NCBI GenBank assembly: GCA_017882305.1
Contig: JADGPU010000004.1
Coordinates: forward strand, 6,013 to 70,012
Origin: Bacteroidales bacterium
GTDB taxonomy: Bacteria > Bacteroidota > Bacteroidia > Bacteroidales > VadinHA17
Length of the DNA: 64,000 nt
Direction: 5' to 3'
Under the pieces are notes generated by a model. It did not search any database and was not told the DNA's origin. It was given only the letters and a program-made list of their open reading frames with translations. This document shows, one piece after another, positions 9,898 through 19,922 of this stretch. Position numbers and translations under genes: made by a program. Position 1 is the stretch's first letter. Every line of letters begins with the position of its first letter.

Positions 9898-10923
9898 ATG
9901 AATTCTGCAAAGAAGATTTCATTTTTATTCAGTTATCTGATGCTAATTTGGATATTCTCCTTCATAGTTGAGGGGGTTGTACATGCGCAGAGCCTGCAAA
10001 AGCCTGATTTCATCTATACCAAATCTGAATTCCCATCAAAAACACTCAAGACTAAAATCACTTATCAAAAAGTTTCAACCAGTTTTTACAAGACAGATAG
10101 CGTTTTTTCCTGTCATTCCCCAAAAGGATATATCCCATCTTTAATCCACAATATTGGAGAACAGGCGGCAGCTCCTTTTCATTTCACAACAAAACAGTGG
10201 TTATATACCGGCGCAGCTGCCGGCATCACTACTGCATTGATTTTTGCTGATGAAGATATAGATGCATTGGCACGAACACAAAAAGAAAAGCACCAATGGG
10301 TAAATAAATCCTCCCCTGTTATCTCTGAATTTGGCAGCAATTATGGTGTATATTCAGTTATTACCTGGGGCTTAGTCAGTGCTGCATTAAAAAATGAGAA
10401 AGGTGTCCAGACAAGTTTACTTGCAACCCAGGCAATGATAACCTCTGGTATATGGACTCAGGTAATTAAACTACTTACAGGCAGGGAGAGGCCAAAGGCT
10501 TCCTATATTTTCAGTGGTATAGAAGGCGGCAAATGGCATGGAGTTCTTTCAAAATACCTTGAAGTTAATGCTGATGACAGATCAAGATTTTCCTATGATG
10601 CTTTCCCTTCGGGTCACGCAGCTACAGCATTCTCAATAGCAACAGTATTTGCGACACAATATAATGAAAATAAAGCAGTTCCGGTCTTACTATATTCTGC
10701 CGCAACACTTGTTGGAATATCCAGGATGACCGAACATGAACACTGGGCTTCTGATGTTTTTGTAGGTTCTTTACTGGGGTATTTGTCCGGTAAGCAGGTA
10801 GTAAAGCATTATAACAGAACTCATCCGAAACCACATATTCCCTTGCAAACAGAACAAAAAAATAATACAGAAATCACCTTTATTCAATATGGAAATCAGA
10901 TTGGATTCTCAATGGTATGGTAA
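9898..10923 (+). CDS. PAP2-superfamily phosphatase (membrane/periplasmic)
   Basis: All three PAP2 motifs are present: KLLTGRERP, PSGHA, SRMTEHEHWASD. Confidence 0.8.
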   Translation: MNSAKKISFLFSYLMLIWIFSFIVEGVVHAQSLQKPDFIYTKSEFPSKTLKTKITYQKVSTSFYKTDSVFSCHSPKGYIPSLIHNIGEQAAAPFHFTTKQWLYTGAAAGITTALIFADEDIDALARTQKEKHQWVNKSSPVISEFGSNYGVYSVITWGLVSAALKNEKGVQTSLLATQAMITSGIWTQVIKLLTGRERPKASYIFSGIEGGKWHGVLSKYLEVNADDRSRFSYDAFPSGHAATAFSIATVFATQYNENKAVPVLLYSAATLVGISRMTEHEHWASDVFVGSLLGYLSGKQVVKHYNRTHPKPHIPLQTEQKNNTEITFIQYGNQIGFSMVW

Positions 10924-10929
10924 TACGAT

Positions 10930-13900
10930 TTATTCAGAAATGAATTTCAATAATGGTATTAAAATTGGTTGTCCTTTTTCAGCTGTATATGAGACATTGG
11001 TCTGTTTAACATTATCTCCTTCCCGGGTTTGGTCACTTGTTGAAGTAGCATGTACATAAGGGTTCACTTTACTGATAAATATCAAAGCCCGTTCTTTTGC
11101 TTCCTGGGAAAAATTCATAAATTGAGGATAAACCGCAATGATTATATCTTCAAGCCCAGGATTCTTCGTCAAAATAACACCTTTCAAATTGGCGCTGATA
11201 TTCTCATTTTGAACTATTACTACCGTACCTCCTGAAGGGATCCAATTCAGCCAGTTCATCTCTTCTCCTGCATTTTTTTCACTCCCCTTCTTAATAATGG
11301 CATCTGAATAGTACTTTTTCAACCCATCTTTAAAAAGCGGCGGAAGTTTGGTACTGTTAATATAACCGGATATCAGCCTGCAATTATTAAAGTGATCAAT
11401 ATTAAAATTATAATCATTGGCAATAAGGTGTCCGCCTGAATTCAACAGCTGATTACCAAATAAATCAGTTAGCGTCCTGAATTCAATTGTTGTAGTATCT
11501 AAAGAAGGATTATTCTTCAATATATAATCTCTGATCATACTGACATATCCTAATTTTTCAGATGATCCCAGATTGAGTTCATCATAATTCATTTTTATTT
11601 CACGTGGCACCTCTTCCAACCTGCTTATATTCAGTAATATTTTAGGAACAGCAACTCGTCCTTCATCCGAAAGCACCGGCTCATTTATAATGGAATTATC
11701 AGTTTCAGTTTCTTCAGCTTCAACATCTAAAATACCTGATGCCAGTCCACTTGCTGATACCGAGATATGAATCTTGCCTGGCTTTCCTGTAGACCTTATG
11801 ACGTTTGATACCGGCATATCCATGTACCATGCCCCTTCCATCTCATGATTTTTGTTAATATCTGGTTCATAAACTGATGGGCCAACAAGAGTTGCGGGTC
11901 CCGATAATGTCCATTTAACTGAACTATTGGCACCATAGACATGATTCCCCTTTGAATCAACAATATCCGTAGTTATTATTACCACTGAACCACGATCGGC
12001 TTTTATTTTATTCTGTGATCCGTTAATAATTATTTTTGCCGGTTCACCTGCCATTACTACCTCTGTTTTTACTGTTTTCCCGTTTTTAGTACCGACAGCA
12101 CTTATTGTTCCCTTCTCAACCAATACATTTTTAAAAGTAACACAATGCAAATTCGACTGGTCAGGCGACCGGACTCCTTTGCTTACGTCATTTACCATAA
12201 GCTCAACCTTATCACAATTGGAATTTACAACTATATCTTCCTTTTGTCCCTCATATTGCAATCGCCAATAAGACGGCTGAATAAAAACCATTAAATTTTT
12301 ACCATAGCTCGCCTGCCAGAAATAGTAGATATATTTTGGGATCCTGTAAACATCCACTGTACCTGATGGATCAACATGTTGTAGGGGTGCATTCAGATAT
12401 TCCAGGTCAGAACCATGGTCTCCATAAAGCCAGTTACACTGGTTCCCTGTCTCTGATACTCCACTTTGCTTAATTATATTCAACTTTGGTTCATCCGTCA
12501 CACTTTCCTGTCTATCAGTTGGTTTCAGATCTTTAACATCCTGCTTAATCCATCCCCTTATAGTGCATCTTGAAAGTTCTTCAATAGCAAGATTTTTATC
12601 AGTATGTTTAACAAAAGCACCCGCTGAACCATCCGTAACCCGACATGCAGTCAATATCCTTGTTGAATCTTCAGCCAATGCAAATTTTGAATTGACAGCG
12701 TGGTTGGTCTCGTTTCCCATGCTCCACAACATAATACTTGGATGGTTACGGTCGCGACGTATCATCTCTTTCATCTGCTGTTCCTGAACTTCTACAGAGA
12801 ATTCCTGATTTTTTATGCTTGGGGATTCTTCATCTATTGCAATACCGAGTTTATCTGCCAGATCGTACACAAGCTTGTCGTTGGGATAATGTGCAGTCTT
12901 TACAAAGTTATAATTCAGATTTTCAGCCATATCTTTATAATCCATAATCGTAATCCATTTTGGAATGGCATCTCCCAGCCATGGATAATCCTGGTGCCGG
13001 ATTCCTCCCTGGATCACCATCTTTTTACCGTTCACATAGAGGAAGTTTTCTTTATAATCCCACATGAACCAACGAAAGCCCAGAGAGCTTGAATAGATAT
13101 CTGCAACTATCTTCCCATCAATAACTTGTGTAAAAACCTTGTAGAGGTAGGGATCATCATTTGACCATAAATGGGGGTTTTTGATAGGTTTACCGGTCTG
13201 ATCGAACTTATATAGTTGGCCCGGATTTATAACAGCTTCCGATTTTATTACCTGAATAACTTTATCATTAGAATCGGCAATTGAAGTCTGTAAAGTACAT
13301 GTTTTCTTTTGCAGATTATCATTTTTGACCCAGGTCTGCACTCTCACAATGCCTTCTTTCTCCGAAACCTGAGGCGTCGTTACAAATGTTCCTCCCTCAT
13401 GGTTTGAGGAGCCCTGCATAGGTATGAAAAGTTTATCTTTAAGGACGAGCGTAACATCCCGATAGATACCGCCATAGACATCAAAATTGGCTGCTGCCAT
13501 TGGAGGTATCCTAAAATTATCCTTCTGGTGGTTATTTACTGCAATAGCAAGAACATTATCTTCGCCAGGTTTAACATCTGCTGTAATATCGAAATCGAAA
13601 GAGCCATAACCTCCTTTATGATCACCCAGATATTTACCATTGAGCCATACTTTGCAGTATTTCTGAACGCCTTCAAACTCAACAAAAACCTTCCGGTCGA
13701 AATATTCCCTGTTAACAGAAAAGTGCTTACGATACCAGCCCCATCCCATCCACCAGTATAGGTTATCAGATTCTGAAGGATTCCTGATAAAAGGATGAAG
13801 TTCACCTGTGGTTTCGTATGTGCTCCAGGTATGCGGAATACTTACTACCGGCCATTTGGAATCATCAAATCCCGGAGCTTCATACCCTTTATTTGCATCT

Positions 13901-14043
13901 GTGCCCGGGAAATAATTGAATGTCCACTGGGAATTAATTATCTTTTCAATCCTGCGACTTTTCTGATTTTCTACTGGTTTCTTCTGGGCAAATGAAACTG
14001 AAAAGAAAAGTAATATCGAAAACAGAATAGTGATAATTTTCAT
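10930..14043 (-). CDS. GH2-family glycoside hydrolase (beta-galactosidase-like), 1037 aa
   Basis: Signal peptide. Sugar-binding, Ig-like and TIM-barrel order with NFVKTAHYPND and WSMGNET (acid/base) motifs. Confidence 0.75.
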   Translation of the reverse strand: MKIITILFSILLFFSVSFAQKKPVENQKSRRIEKIINSQWTFNYFPGTDANKGYEAPGFDDSKWPVVSIPHTWSTYETTGELHPFIRNPSESDNLYWWMGWGWYRKHFSVNREYFDRKVFVEFEGVQKYCKVWLNGKYLGDHKGGYGSFDFDITADVKPGEDNVLAIAVNNHQKDNFRIPPMAAANFDVYGGIYRDVTLVLKDKLFIPMQGSSNHEGGTFVTTPQVSEKEGIVRVQTWVKNDNLQKKTCTLQTSIADSNDKVIQVIKSEAVINPGQLYKFDQTGKPIKNPHLWSNDDPYLYKVFTQVIDGKIVADIYSSSLGFRWFMWDYKENFLYVNGKKMVIQGGIRHQDYPWLGDAIPKWITIMDYKDMAENLNYNFVKTAHYPNDKLVYDLADKLGIAIDEESPSIKNQEFSVEVQEQQMKEMIRRDRNHPSIMLWSMGNETNHAVNSKFALAEDSTRILTACRVTDGSAGAFVKHTDKNLAIEELSRCTIRGWIKQDVKDLKPTDRQESVTDEPKLNIIKQSGVSETGNQCNWLYGDHGSDLEYLNAPLQHVDPSGTVDVYRIPKYIYYFWQASYGKNLMVFIQPSYWRLQYEGQKEDIVVNSNCDKVELMVNDVSKGVRSPDQSNLHCVTFKNVLVEKGTISAVGTKNGKTVKTEVVMAGEPAKIIINGSQNKIKADRGSVVIITTDIVDSKGNHVYGANSSVKWTLSGPATLVGPSVYEPDINKNHEMEGAWYMDMPVSNVIRSTGKPGKIHISVSASGLASGILDVEAEETETDNSIINEPVLSDEGRVAVPKILLNISRLEEVPREIKMNYDELNLGSSEKLGYVSMIRDYILKNNPSLDTTTIEFRTLTDLFGNQLLNSGGHLIANDYNFNIDHFNNCRLISGYINSTKLPPLFKDGLKKYYSDAIIKKGSEKNAGEEMNWLNWIPSGGTVVIVQNENISANLKGVILTKNPGLEDIIIAVYPQFMNFSQEAKERALIFISKVNPYVHATSTSDQTREGDNVKQTNVSYTAEKGQPILIPLLKFISE

Positions 14044-14332
14044 ATTCAGCGTGTTATGAAGATTAAATTATTATGTACAAGATAATAAATATTTAGAAGA
14101 TTTAAAGGATGGTTTTGATTTTTTGATTAATGAATTAATATTTCAAATGCATTTACTATGGCTGGATTTAGTGTCAAAATAGTTTTTTTAAGTAAAAAGT
14201 CTTGCTGCAAGAAAATTTTATCAGTCGAATTAACATCATGTAATCTTCTGAAATCCAATATATAAAGAAAAATTTTAATCGAACTTATTCAGAATAAATT
14301 ATAACCAATATGAAGAAAAACAGGACTTTTCC

Positions 14333-14362
14333 TTTGATATATTAAAAATATAGGTACATTTG
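14333..14362 (+). promoter_or_regulatory. Bacteroidetes-type promoter of the ilv-leu leader
   Basis: TTTG at 14333-14336 and TACATTTG at 14355-14362 (TAnnTTTG), 18-nt spacer. Confidence 0.5.
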
Positions 14363-14384
14363 TCCGACAATTTATAATAAAACA

Positions 14385-14444
14385 GTGAGAATATCTTTAA
14401 TCCATATTATAGTCCTCATCCTCATTATTGATCATCGCGTATGA
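14385..14444 (+). CDS. Ile/Leu/Val-rich leader peptide (19 codons, GTG start inferred)
   Basis: GTG AGA ATA TCT TTA ATC CAT ATT ATA GTC CTC ATC CTC ATT ATT GAT CAT CGC GTA TGA = MRISLIHIIVLILIIDHRV*. There is no in-frame ATG after the upstream in-frame stop at 14343-14345, so the start codon is uncertain. Confidence 0.55.
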   Translation: MRISLIHIIVLILIIDHRV

Positions 14445-14477
14445 CCCGGGAATAATATGTGTTACTATAGACATACA

Positions 14478-14511
14478 GAAGCTTTCCGGGAAACCGGGAA
14501 GCTTTTTTTTT
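14478..14511 (+). terminator. Attenuator terminator upstream of ilvD
   Basis: 11-bp stem 14479-14489/14494-14504 (AAGCTTTCCGG / CCGGGAAGCTT, one G-U), GAAA tetraloop, T-run 14503-14511. ilvD ATG is at 14528. Confidence 0.8.
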
Positions 14512-14527
14512 AATATGATTTCTTAAA

Positions 14528-16354
14528 ATGAAGACACAACTCCGAAGCTCAAAGACAATAACCGGCAGGAATATGGCAGGGGCAAGAAGCCTGTGGCGTG
14601 CTAACGGGATGAAGGAAGAACAAATGGGAAAACCTGTAATCGCTGTTGTCAATTCATTTTCACAATTCGTTCCGGGACATGCGCATCTTCATGAGATTGG
14701 TCAGGTTGTTAAAAAGGAGATTGAGAAGAGAGGTCTCTTTGCTGCCGAATTCAACACAATAGCTATCGACGACGGAATAGCTATGGGTCATGCCGGAATG
14801 CTCTACTCTCTCCCATCCAGAGAACTAATAGCTGATAGCGTTGAATATGTTTGTAATGCACATCTTGCCGATGCAATGATCTGCATAAGCAACTGCGATA
14901 AGATTACTCCCGGGATGCTGATGGCAGCCATGAGAATTAATATTCCTGTTGTTTTTGTTTCAGGAGGGCCTATGGAGGCCGGGCGTTTTAATAACAAGTA
15001 TCTTGATCTGGTTGATGCAATGGTTGCAGGTGCAGATGACACAGTCAGCGATAGTGATCTGTACGAGATTGAAAAATCTGCGTGTCCTACATGTGGTTCA
15101 TGCTCAGGGATGTTTACTGCCAACTCAATGAATTGTCTGACAGAGGCATTAGGGCTTTCCCTCCCCGGGAACGGTACTGTTGTTGCTACTCATAAGAACA
15201 GGGTGAAACTATTTGAAAAAGCTGCCGGATTAATAGTAGATCTGGCTGAGAGGTATTACAGCGATGGTGACGATTCGGTCCTTCCCCGTTCTATTGCATC
15301 AAAGGAAGCATTTTTGAATTCAATGTCGCTCGATATTGCTATGGGCGGATCTACCAATACGGTTCTTCATCTCCTTGCAATCGCTCAGGAGGCAGGAGTA
15401 GATTTTACAATGAAGGACATTGACGAACTTTCCCGCAAAATTCCGAATATTTGCAAAGTAGCTCCGAGTTCACAATATCACCTCCAGGATGTTAACCGGG
15501 CAGGAGGGATTTTAGGCATAATGGGTGAACTGGATCGCGGTAACCTGATAAACACTTCAGTTAAACGAGTTGATTATTCATCCCTTCGGGAAGCAGTTTC
15601 TGACTGGGATATTAAGAGTGGTACTGCGAAAAAGGAGGCTTTTGATACCTTTGCCAGCGCTCCTTCTAATGTAAAAAACCTTAAAATGGGTTCTCATAAT
15701 ACAATGTATTCAGAACTCGACACCGACAGGGAAAAAGGATGTATCCGGTCGGTTAATTTTCCCTACACAAAAGATGGCGGTCTTGCTGTTCTTTATGGTA
15801 ATATTGCCCGGAAGGGATGCATAGTTAAAACAGCAGGTATTGATCCTTCATTGTTCTCATTCGACGGGAATGCTGTAATATTTGAATCACAAGATGATGC
15901 CGCTGATGGAATCCTGAAAGGGGCTGTTAAAGAGGGTGATGTGGTAGTTATCAGATATGAAGGTCCAAAAGGAGGTCCGGGTATGCAGGAGATGCTCTAT
16001 CCTACTTCATATCTGAAATCCAAAGGACTCGACAAAAAATGTGCGCTTATAACTGACGGGAGGTTTTCGGGAGGAACATCAGGGTTGTCTATCGGTCATG
16101 TATCACCGGAAGCAGCATCAGGTGGAGAGCTTGCTCTGATCAGGACCGGCGATCGTATCGAAATAGATATCAGCGCAAGAAAAATAAATGTCCTTTTATC
16201 TGATAATGAGCTAAATATGAGGCTAAAAGAAGAAGAATCTAAAGGAGATAGAGCTTTTAAACCTGAAAAACGTGACCGTAAAATTTCTTCAGGTTTGAAA
16301 GCTTATGCTGCAAACGTAAGTTCTGCAGATTTAGGAGCAGTACGACTGATATAA
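14528..16354 (+). CDS. ilvD: Dihydroxy-acid dehydratase
   Basis: 608 aa. N-terminus [23 protein letters not shown], plus [12 protein letters not shown] and the [10 protein letters not shown]-terminal motif. Confidence 0.95.
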   Translation: MKTQLRSSKTITGRNMAGARSLWRANGMKEEQMGKPVIAVVNSFSQFVPGHAHLHEIGQVVKKEIEKRGLFAAEFNTIAIDDGIAMGHAGMLYSLPSRELIADSVEYVCNAHLADAMICISNCDKITPGMLMAAMRINIPVVFVSGGPMEAGRFNNKYLDLVDAMVAGADDTVSDSDLYEIEKSACPTCGSCSGMFTANSMNCLTEALGLSLPGNGTVVATHKNRVKLFEKAAGLIVDLAERYYSDGDDSVLPRSIASKEAFLNSMSLDIAMGGSTNTVLHLLAIAQEAGVDFTMKDIDELSRKIPNICKVAPSSQYHLQDVNRAGGILGIMGELDRGNLINTSVKRVDYSSLREAVSDWDIKSGTAKKEAFDTFASAPSNVKNLKMGSHNTMYSELDTDREKGCIRSVNFPYTKDGGLAVLYGNIARKGCIVKTAGIDPSLFSFDGNAVIFESQDDAADGILKGAVKEGDVVVIRYEGPKGGPGMQEMLYPTSYLKSKGLDKKCALITDGRFSGGTSGLSIGHVSPEAASGGELALIRTGDRIEIDISARKINVLLSDNELNMRLKEEESKGDRAFKPEKRDRKISSGLKAYAANVSSADLGAVRLI

Positions 16355-16403
16355 AGCACAGGGCACAGGGCTCAGGGCGAAGAGCTTAGAGCAAAGGGCA
16401 CAG
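16355..16403. repeat. Tandem array of seven degenerate heptamers RGCNNAG
   Basis: AGCACAG GGCACAG GGCTCAG GGCGAAG AGCTTAG AGCAAAG GGCACAG. It starts on the nucleotide after the ilvD stop codon. Confidence 0.85.
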
Positions 16404-16467
16404 ATAGACTGCATGATTGCAAGACTGAAAAACAAATAGATAAATAGATAACAAGACAATAATTAGT

Positions 16468-18207
16468 ATGAAGACTGAACACGAAAAAGAACAAGCAACA
16501 CTAGAGTTAAATGGACAGGAACATATTACTGGTTCAGATGCTCTTCTTCAATGCCTGATAGAGGAAGGTGTAGACACTATTTTTGGTTATCCGGGTGGAG
16601 CAATAATGCCAGTTTATGACAAACTTATGGATTATGAAGATAAACTGCATCATATTCTGACTCGTCATGAACAGGGAGCTGCACATGCCGCTCAGGCATA
16701 TGCCATGGTTACAGGCAAACCAGGAATCTGTTTTGCCACATCAGGACCAGGTGCTACGAACCTTGTAACAGGAATTGCCAATGCATTTCTTGATTCAGTT
16801 CCTGTGGTATTCATTACGGCCCAGGTGGTATCGGGTCTTATCGGTACCGACGCGTTTCAGGAAACTGATATCATAGGCGTTTCAATGCCGGTCACAAAGT
16901 GGAACTGCCAGGTAAAAAAACCACAGGATATTCCTGAGACAATTGCAAAAGCTTTTTATATCGCAAAGTCCGGCAGGCCAGGTCCTGTTCTTATTGATAT
17001 AACAAAAGATGCCCAGCTTGAAAAGCTTTATTTCAAGTACAAAAAATGTAACTACATCAGAAGTTATAATCCTCACATTCCATTGCATACCAAGGCAATA
17101 GAATCGGCTGCAATAATGATAAACCACGCTGAAAGACCATTAATTCTTGCTGGTCATGGAGTTCTTATTGCAGGAGCAGAAGATGAGCTGAAAACATTTG
17201 CTGAAAAAACCGGAATACCTGTAGCATCCACTCTGCTTGGCCTATCCGGTTTCCCTTCCAATCATCGTCTGTTCACCGGTATGCTTGGCATGCATGGCAA
17301 CTACGGACCTAATCTACTCACTAATGAAGCAGACCTGATCATAGCGATAGGGATGCGTTTCGATGACCGTGTAACCGGTAATCTTAAGAAATATGCGAAA
17401 AAAGCAACCATAATTCACATTGAGATCGATGAGGCTGAGATAAATAAGAACGTCATAGTCGATGTCGAAATAAACAATGACGCTAAAGAGGTACTAAAAT
17501 ATCTTATCACTCTTGTAAAAGAGAATTCTTTTGAAAAATGGATCAGAGAATTCAGGATTTGTGATAAGACTGAATACGAGAAAGTCATAAAACCGGAAAC
17601 AAAACCTGAAAAAGGTGAGTTAAGAATGGGTGAGGTTGTAAGCCGCATATCAGAACTGACTAAAGGCGAAGCAATAATAGTAACGGATGTCGGACAGAAT
17701 CAGATGTACGCTGCCCGTTATTATAAATTCAGTCATCCCAACAGCCTGGTCACTTCCGGTGGTATGGGAACCATGGGATTCGGACTTCCCGCCGGTATAG
17801 GCGCCAAGATTGGGAGACCCGATAAACCTGTTGTAACATTTGTCGGAGATGGAGGTTTCCAGATGACAATACAGGAGTTGGGAACTATTCTGCAATACAA
17901 TGTGCCGGTTAAAATAATTGTACTAAACAATAATTACCTGGGTATGGTACGCCAATGGCAGGATATGTTCTTCGATAAGAGATATGCTTCAACGAAACTG
18001 GTAAATCCTGATTTTGTAATGATTGCAAATGCATATAATATCCCTGCAAAAAAAGTTTTGAAGAGAGAGGATCTCAAAAGTTCACTGGAAGAAATGCTTG
18101 CTTCAAAAGGTCCGTATCTTCTTGACATTGCAATTGAGAAGGAAGGAAATGTCTTCCCAATGGTGGAACCCGGATCATCAGTTTCCGAAGTAAGATTGAC
18201 TTATTAA
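16468..18207 (+). CDS. ilvB: Acetolactate synthase large subunit (biosynthetic type)
   Basis: 579 aa. ThDP enzyme motifs: GYPGGAIMPVYD, and GGMGTMGFGLPAGIGAK...GDGGFQM. Confidence 0.95.
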   Translation: MKTEHEKEQATLELNGQEHITGSDALLQCLIEEGVDTIFGYPGGAIMPVYDKLMDYEDKLHHILTRHEQGAAHAAQAYAMVTGKPGICFATSGPGATNLVTGIANAFLDSVPVVFITAQVVSGLIGTDAFQETDIIGVSMPVTKWNCQVKKPQDIPETIAKAFYIAKSGRPGPVLIDITKDAQLEKLYFKYKKCNYIRSYNPHIPLHTKAIESAAIMINHAERPLILAGHGVLIAGAEDELKTFAEKTGIPVASTLLGLSGFPSNHRLFTGMLGMHGNYGPNLLTNEADLIIAIGMRFDDRVTGNLKKYAKKATIIHIEIDEAEINKNVIVDVEINNDAKEVLKYLITLVKENSFEKWIREFRICDKTEYEKVIKPETKPEKGELRMGEVVSRISELTKGEAIIVTDVGQNQMYAARYYKFSHPNSLVTSGGMGTMGFGLPAGIGAKIGRPDKPVVTFVGDGGFQMTIQELGTILQYNVPVKIIVLNNNYLGMVRQWQDMFFDKRYASTKLVNPDFVMIANAYNIPAKKVLKREDLKSSLEEMLASKGPYLLDIAIEKEGNVFPMVEPGSSVSEVRLTY

Positions 18208-18217
18208 TAATAATACT

Positions 18218-18772
18218 ATGAAACAGGAATATACAATATCGCTTTTCACTGAGGACCATATCGGGATCCTTGGTCAGATAACAATTATTTTAACAAGAAG
18301 GCAGATCAATATTGACAGTATAACTGCTTCGGAATCAGCTGTAAAGGGTGTACAACTGCTTACTATTGTCGTGAAGACTACAAATGAGATGGTTCAGAAG
18401 GTGGCAAGACAAATGGAAAAACTGGTCGATGTAATGAAAGTTTTTGTACATACATCTGATCAGATTATTTACCAGGAGATTGCTCTTTTCAAGGTCACAA
18501 CAAAAGGCTTAATGTCGGGTAATGTTATTGATCATATTGTACGTGCCCACCATGCACGAATACTTGAGGTATCTCCGGAATATATCGTACTTGAAAAAAC
18601 AGGTCATAAAACCGAAATAACTGAATTACTTACTCAGCTTGAACCCTATGGTGTTCTTCAATTTGTGAGATCAGGAAGGGTGGCTATAACTAAGCAGGTG
18701 AAAGAGTTGAATTCATATCTTAAAGAGATGGATGAAGCTAACCGTTTTAAAACAGAACCAACATTAAATTGA
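18218..18772 (+). CDS. ilvN: Acetolactate synthase small (regulatory, ACT-domain) subunit
   Basis: 184 aa. ISLFTEDHIGILGQITIILTRRQINIDSITASES is a typical ACT opening. The gene lies directly after ilvB. Confidence 0.85.
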   Translation: MKQEYTISLFTEDHIGILGQITIILTRRQINIDSITASESAVKGVQLLTIVVKTTNEMVQKVARQMEKLVDVMKVFVHTSDQIIYQEIALFKVTTKGLMSGNVIDHIVRAHHARILEVSPEYIVLEKTGHKTEITELLTQLEPYGVLQFVRSGRVAITKQVKELNSYLKEMDEANRFKTEPTLN

Positions 18773-18849
18773 TTTTTAACCTCCATTTGGGAGGATGGGG
18801 TAAAAAAAATTAAAAACCAGTATTAACCACATATTTAATATTTAAGATC

Positions 18850-19896
18850 ATGGCAAAAATTGATTTTGGCGGTGTCGTCGAAAATATAGTCACAAGAGAA
18901 GAATTTTCACTTTCAAAAGCCCGTGAAGTACTTAAAAATGAGCTCGTCGCTGTTATCGGTTATGGCGTTCAGGGACCCGCACAGGCAATGAATATGAAAG
19001 ATAACGGTATAAATGTAATTATCGGACAGGCACCTGAGTTCAAAGCCGACTGGGATAAAGCTGTTGCTGATGGCTTTGTACCGGGTAAAACTCTGTTTCC
19101 TGTTGAGGAAGCCGTAAAAAAAGGTACGATAATTCAATACCTCGTTTCGGATGCTGCTCAACGTATACTATGGCCAAAAGTAAAACCATGCCTCAAAAAA
19201 GGAGATGCTCTTTATTTTTCCCACGGGTTTTCAATTACTTACAAGGAACATACTGGTGTCATTCCCCCTGATTTTGTTGATGTTATCCTAGTTGCACCCA
19301 AAGGTTCCGGAACAAGTGTAAGACGCAATTTCCTGGCAGGTGCCGGAATTAACTCAAGTTTTTCAGTTTTTCAGGATTTTACCGGGAGAGCCGAAGAACG
19401 TACGATTGCCTTAGGCATTGCTATTGGTTCAGGTTATCTCTTCCCTACAACCTTTGAACAGGAGGTTTATAGCGACCTGACAGGAGAACGAGGTGTTTTA
19501 ATGGGTGCTCTTGCAGGAATTATGGATGCACAGTACCAGGTACTCAGGGAAAATGGACATAGTCCGTCTGAAGCATTTAATGAGACTGTGGAGGAACTGA
19601 CCCAGAGTCTTATAAGACTGGTTGATGAGAAAGGGATGGACTGGATGTACTCTAACTGTAGTGCAACTGCACAACGTGGTGCACTCGACTGGCGTCCAAA
19701 ATTCAAAGCAGCTACTCTTCCTGTTTTCATCGATTTGTACAATAAGGTCAAATCAGGAGAAGAATGTGTCAGAGTTCTTAAGTCAACAGGTGCTGCTAAT
19801 TATAAACAGGTACTTGATGCCGAGCTTAATGAACTTGGTAATTCAGAGATGTGGAGAACAGGTGCTGCTGTGAGAAAACTAAGACCGGTGAAATAA
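18850..19896 (+). CDS. ilvC: Ketol-acid reductoisomerase (class I)
   Basis: 348 aa. IGYGVQGPAQAMNMKDNG Rossmann motif and conserved C-terminal knotted domain. Confidence 0.95.
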   Translation: MAKIDFGGVVENIVTREEFSLSKAREVLKNELVAVIGYGVQGPAQAMNMKDNGINVIIGQAPEFKADWDKAVADGFVPGKTLFPVEEAVKKGTIIQYLVSDAAQRILWPKVKPCLKKGDALYFSHGFSITYKEHTGVIPPDFVDVILVAPKGSGTSVRRNFLAGAGINSSFSVFQDFTGRAEERTIALGIAIGSGYLFPTTFEQEVYSDLTGERGVLMGALAGIMDAQYQVLRENGHSPSEAFNETVEELTQSLIRLVDEKGMDWMYSNCSATAQRGALDWRPKFKAATLPVFIDLYNKVKSGEECVRVLKSTGAANYKQVLDAELNELGNSEMWRTGAAVRKLRPVK

Positions 19897-19922
19897 AAAT
19901 CTTTTACAAATAATTTATAATT

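Noticed and set aside
16355-16403. Heptamer/octamer arrays as possible CRISPR arrays
   Set aside because: The units are only 7-8 nt, contiguous with no spacers, and degenerate. No cas genes are present in the window.
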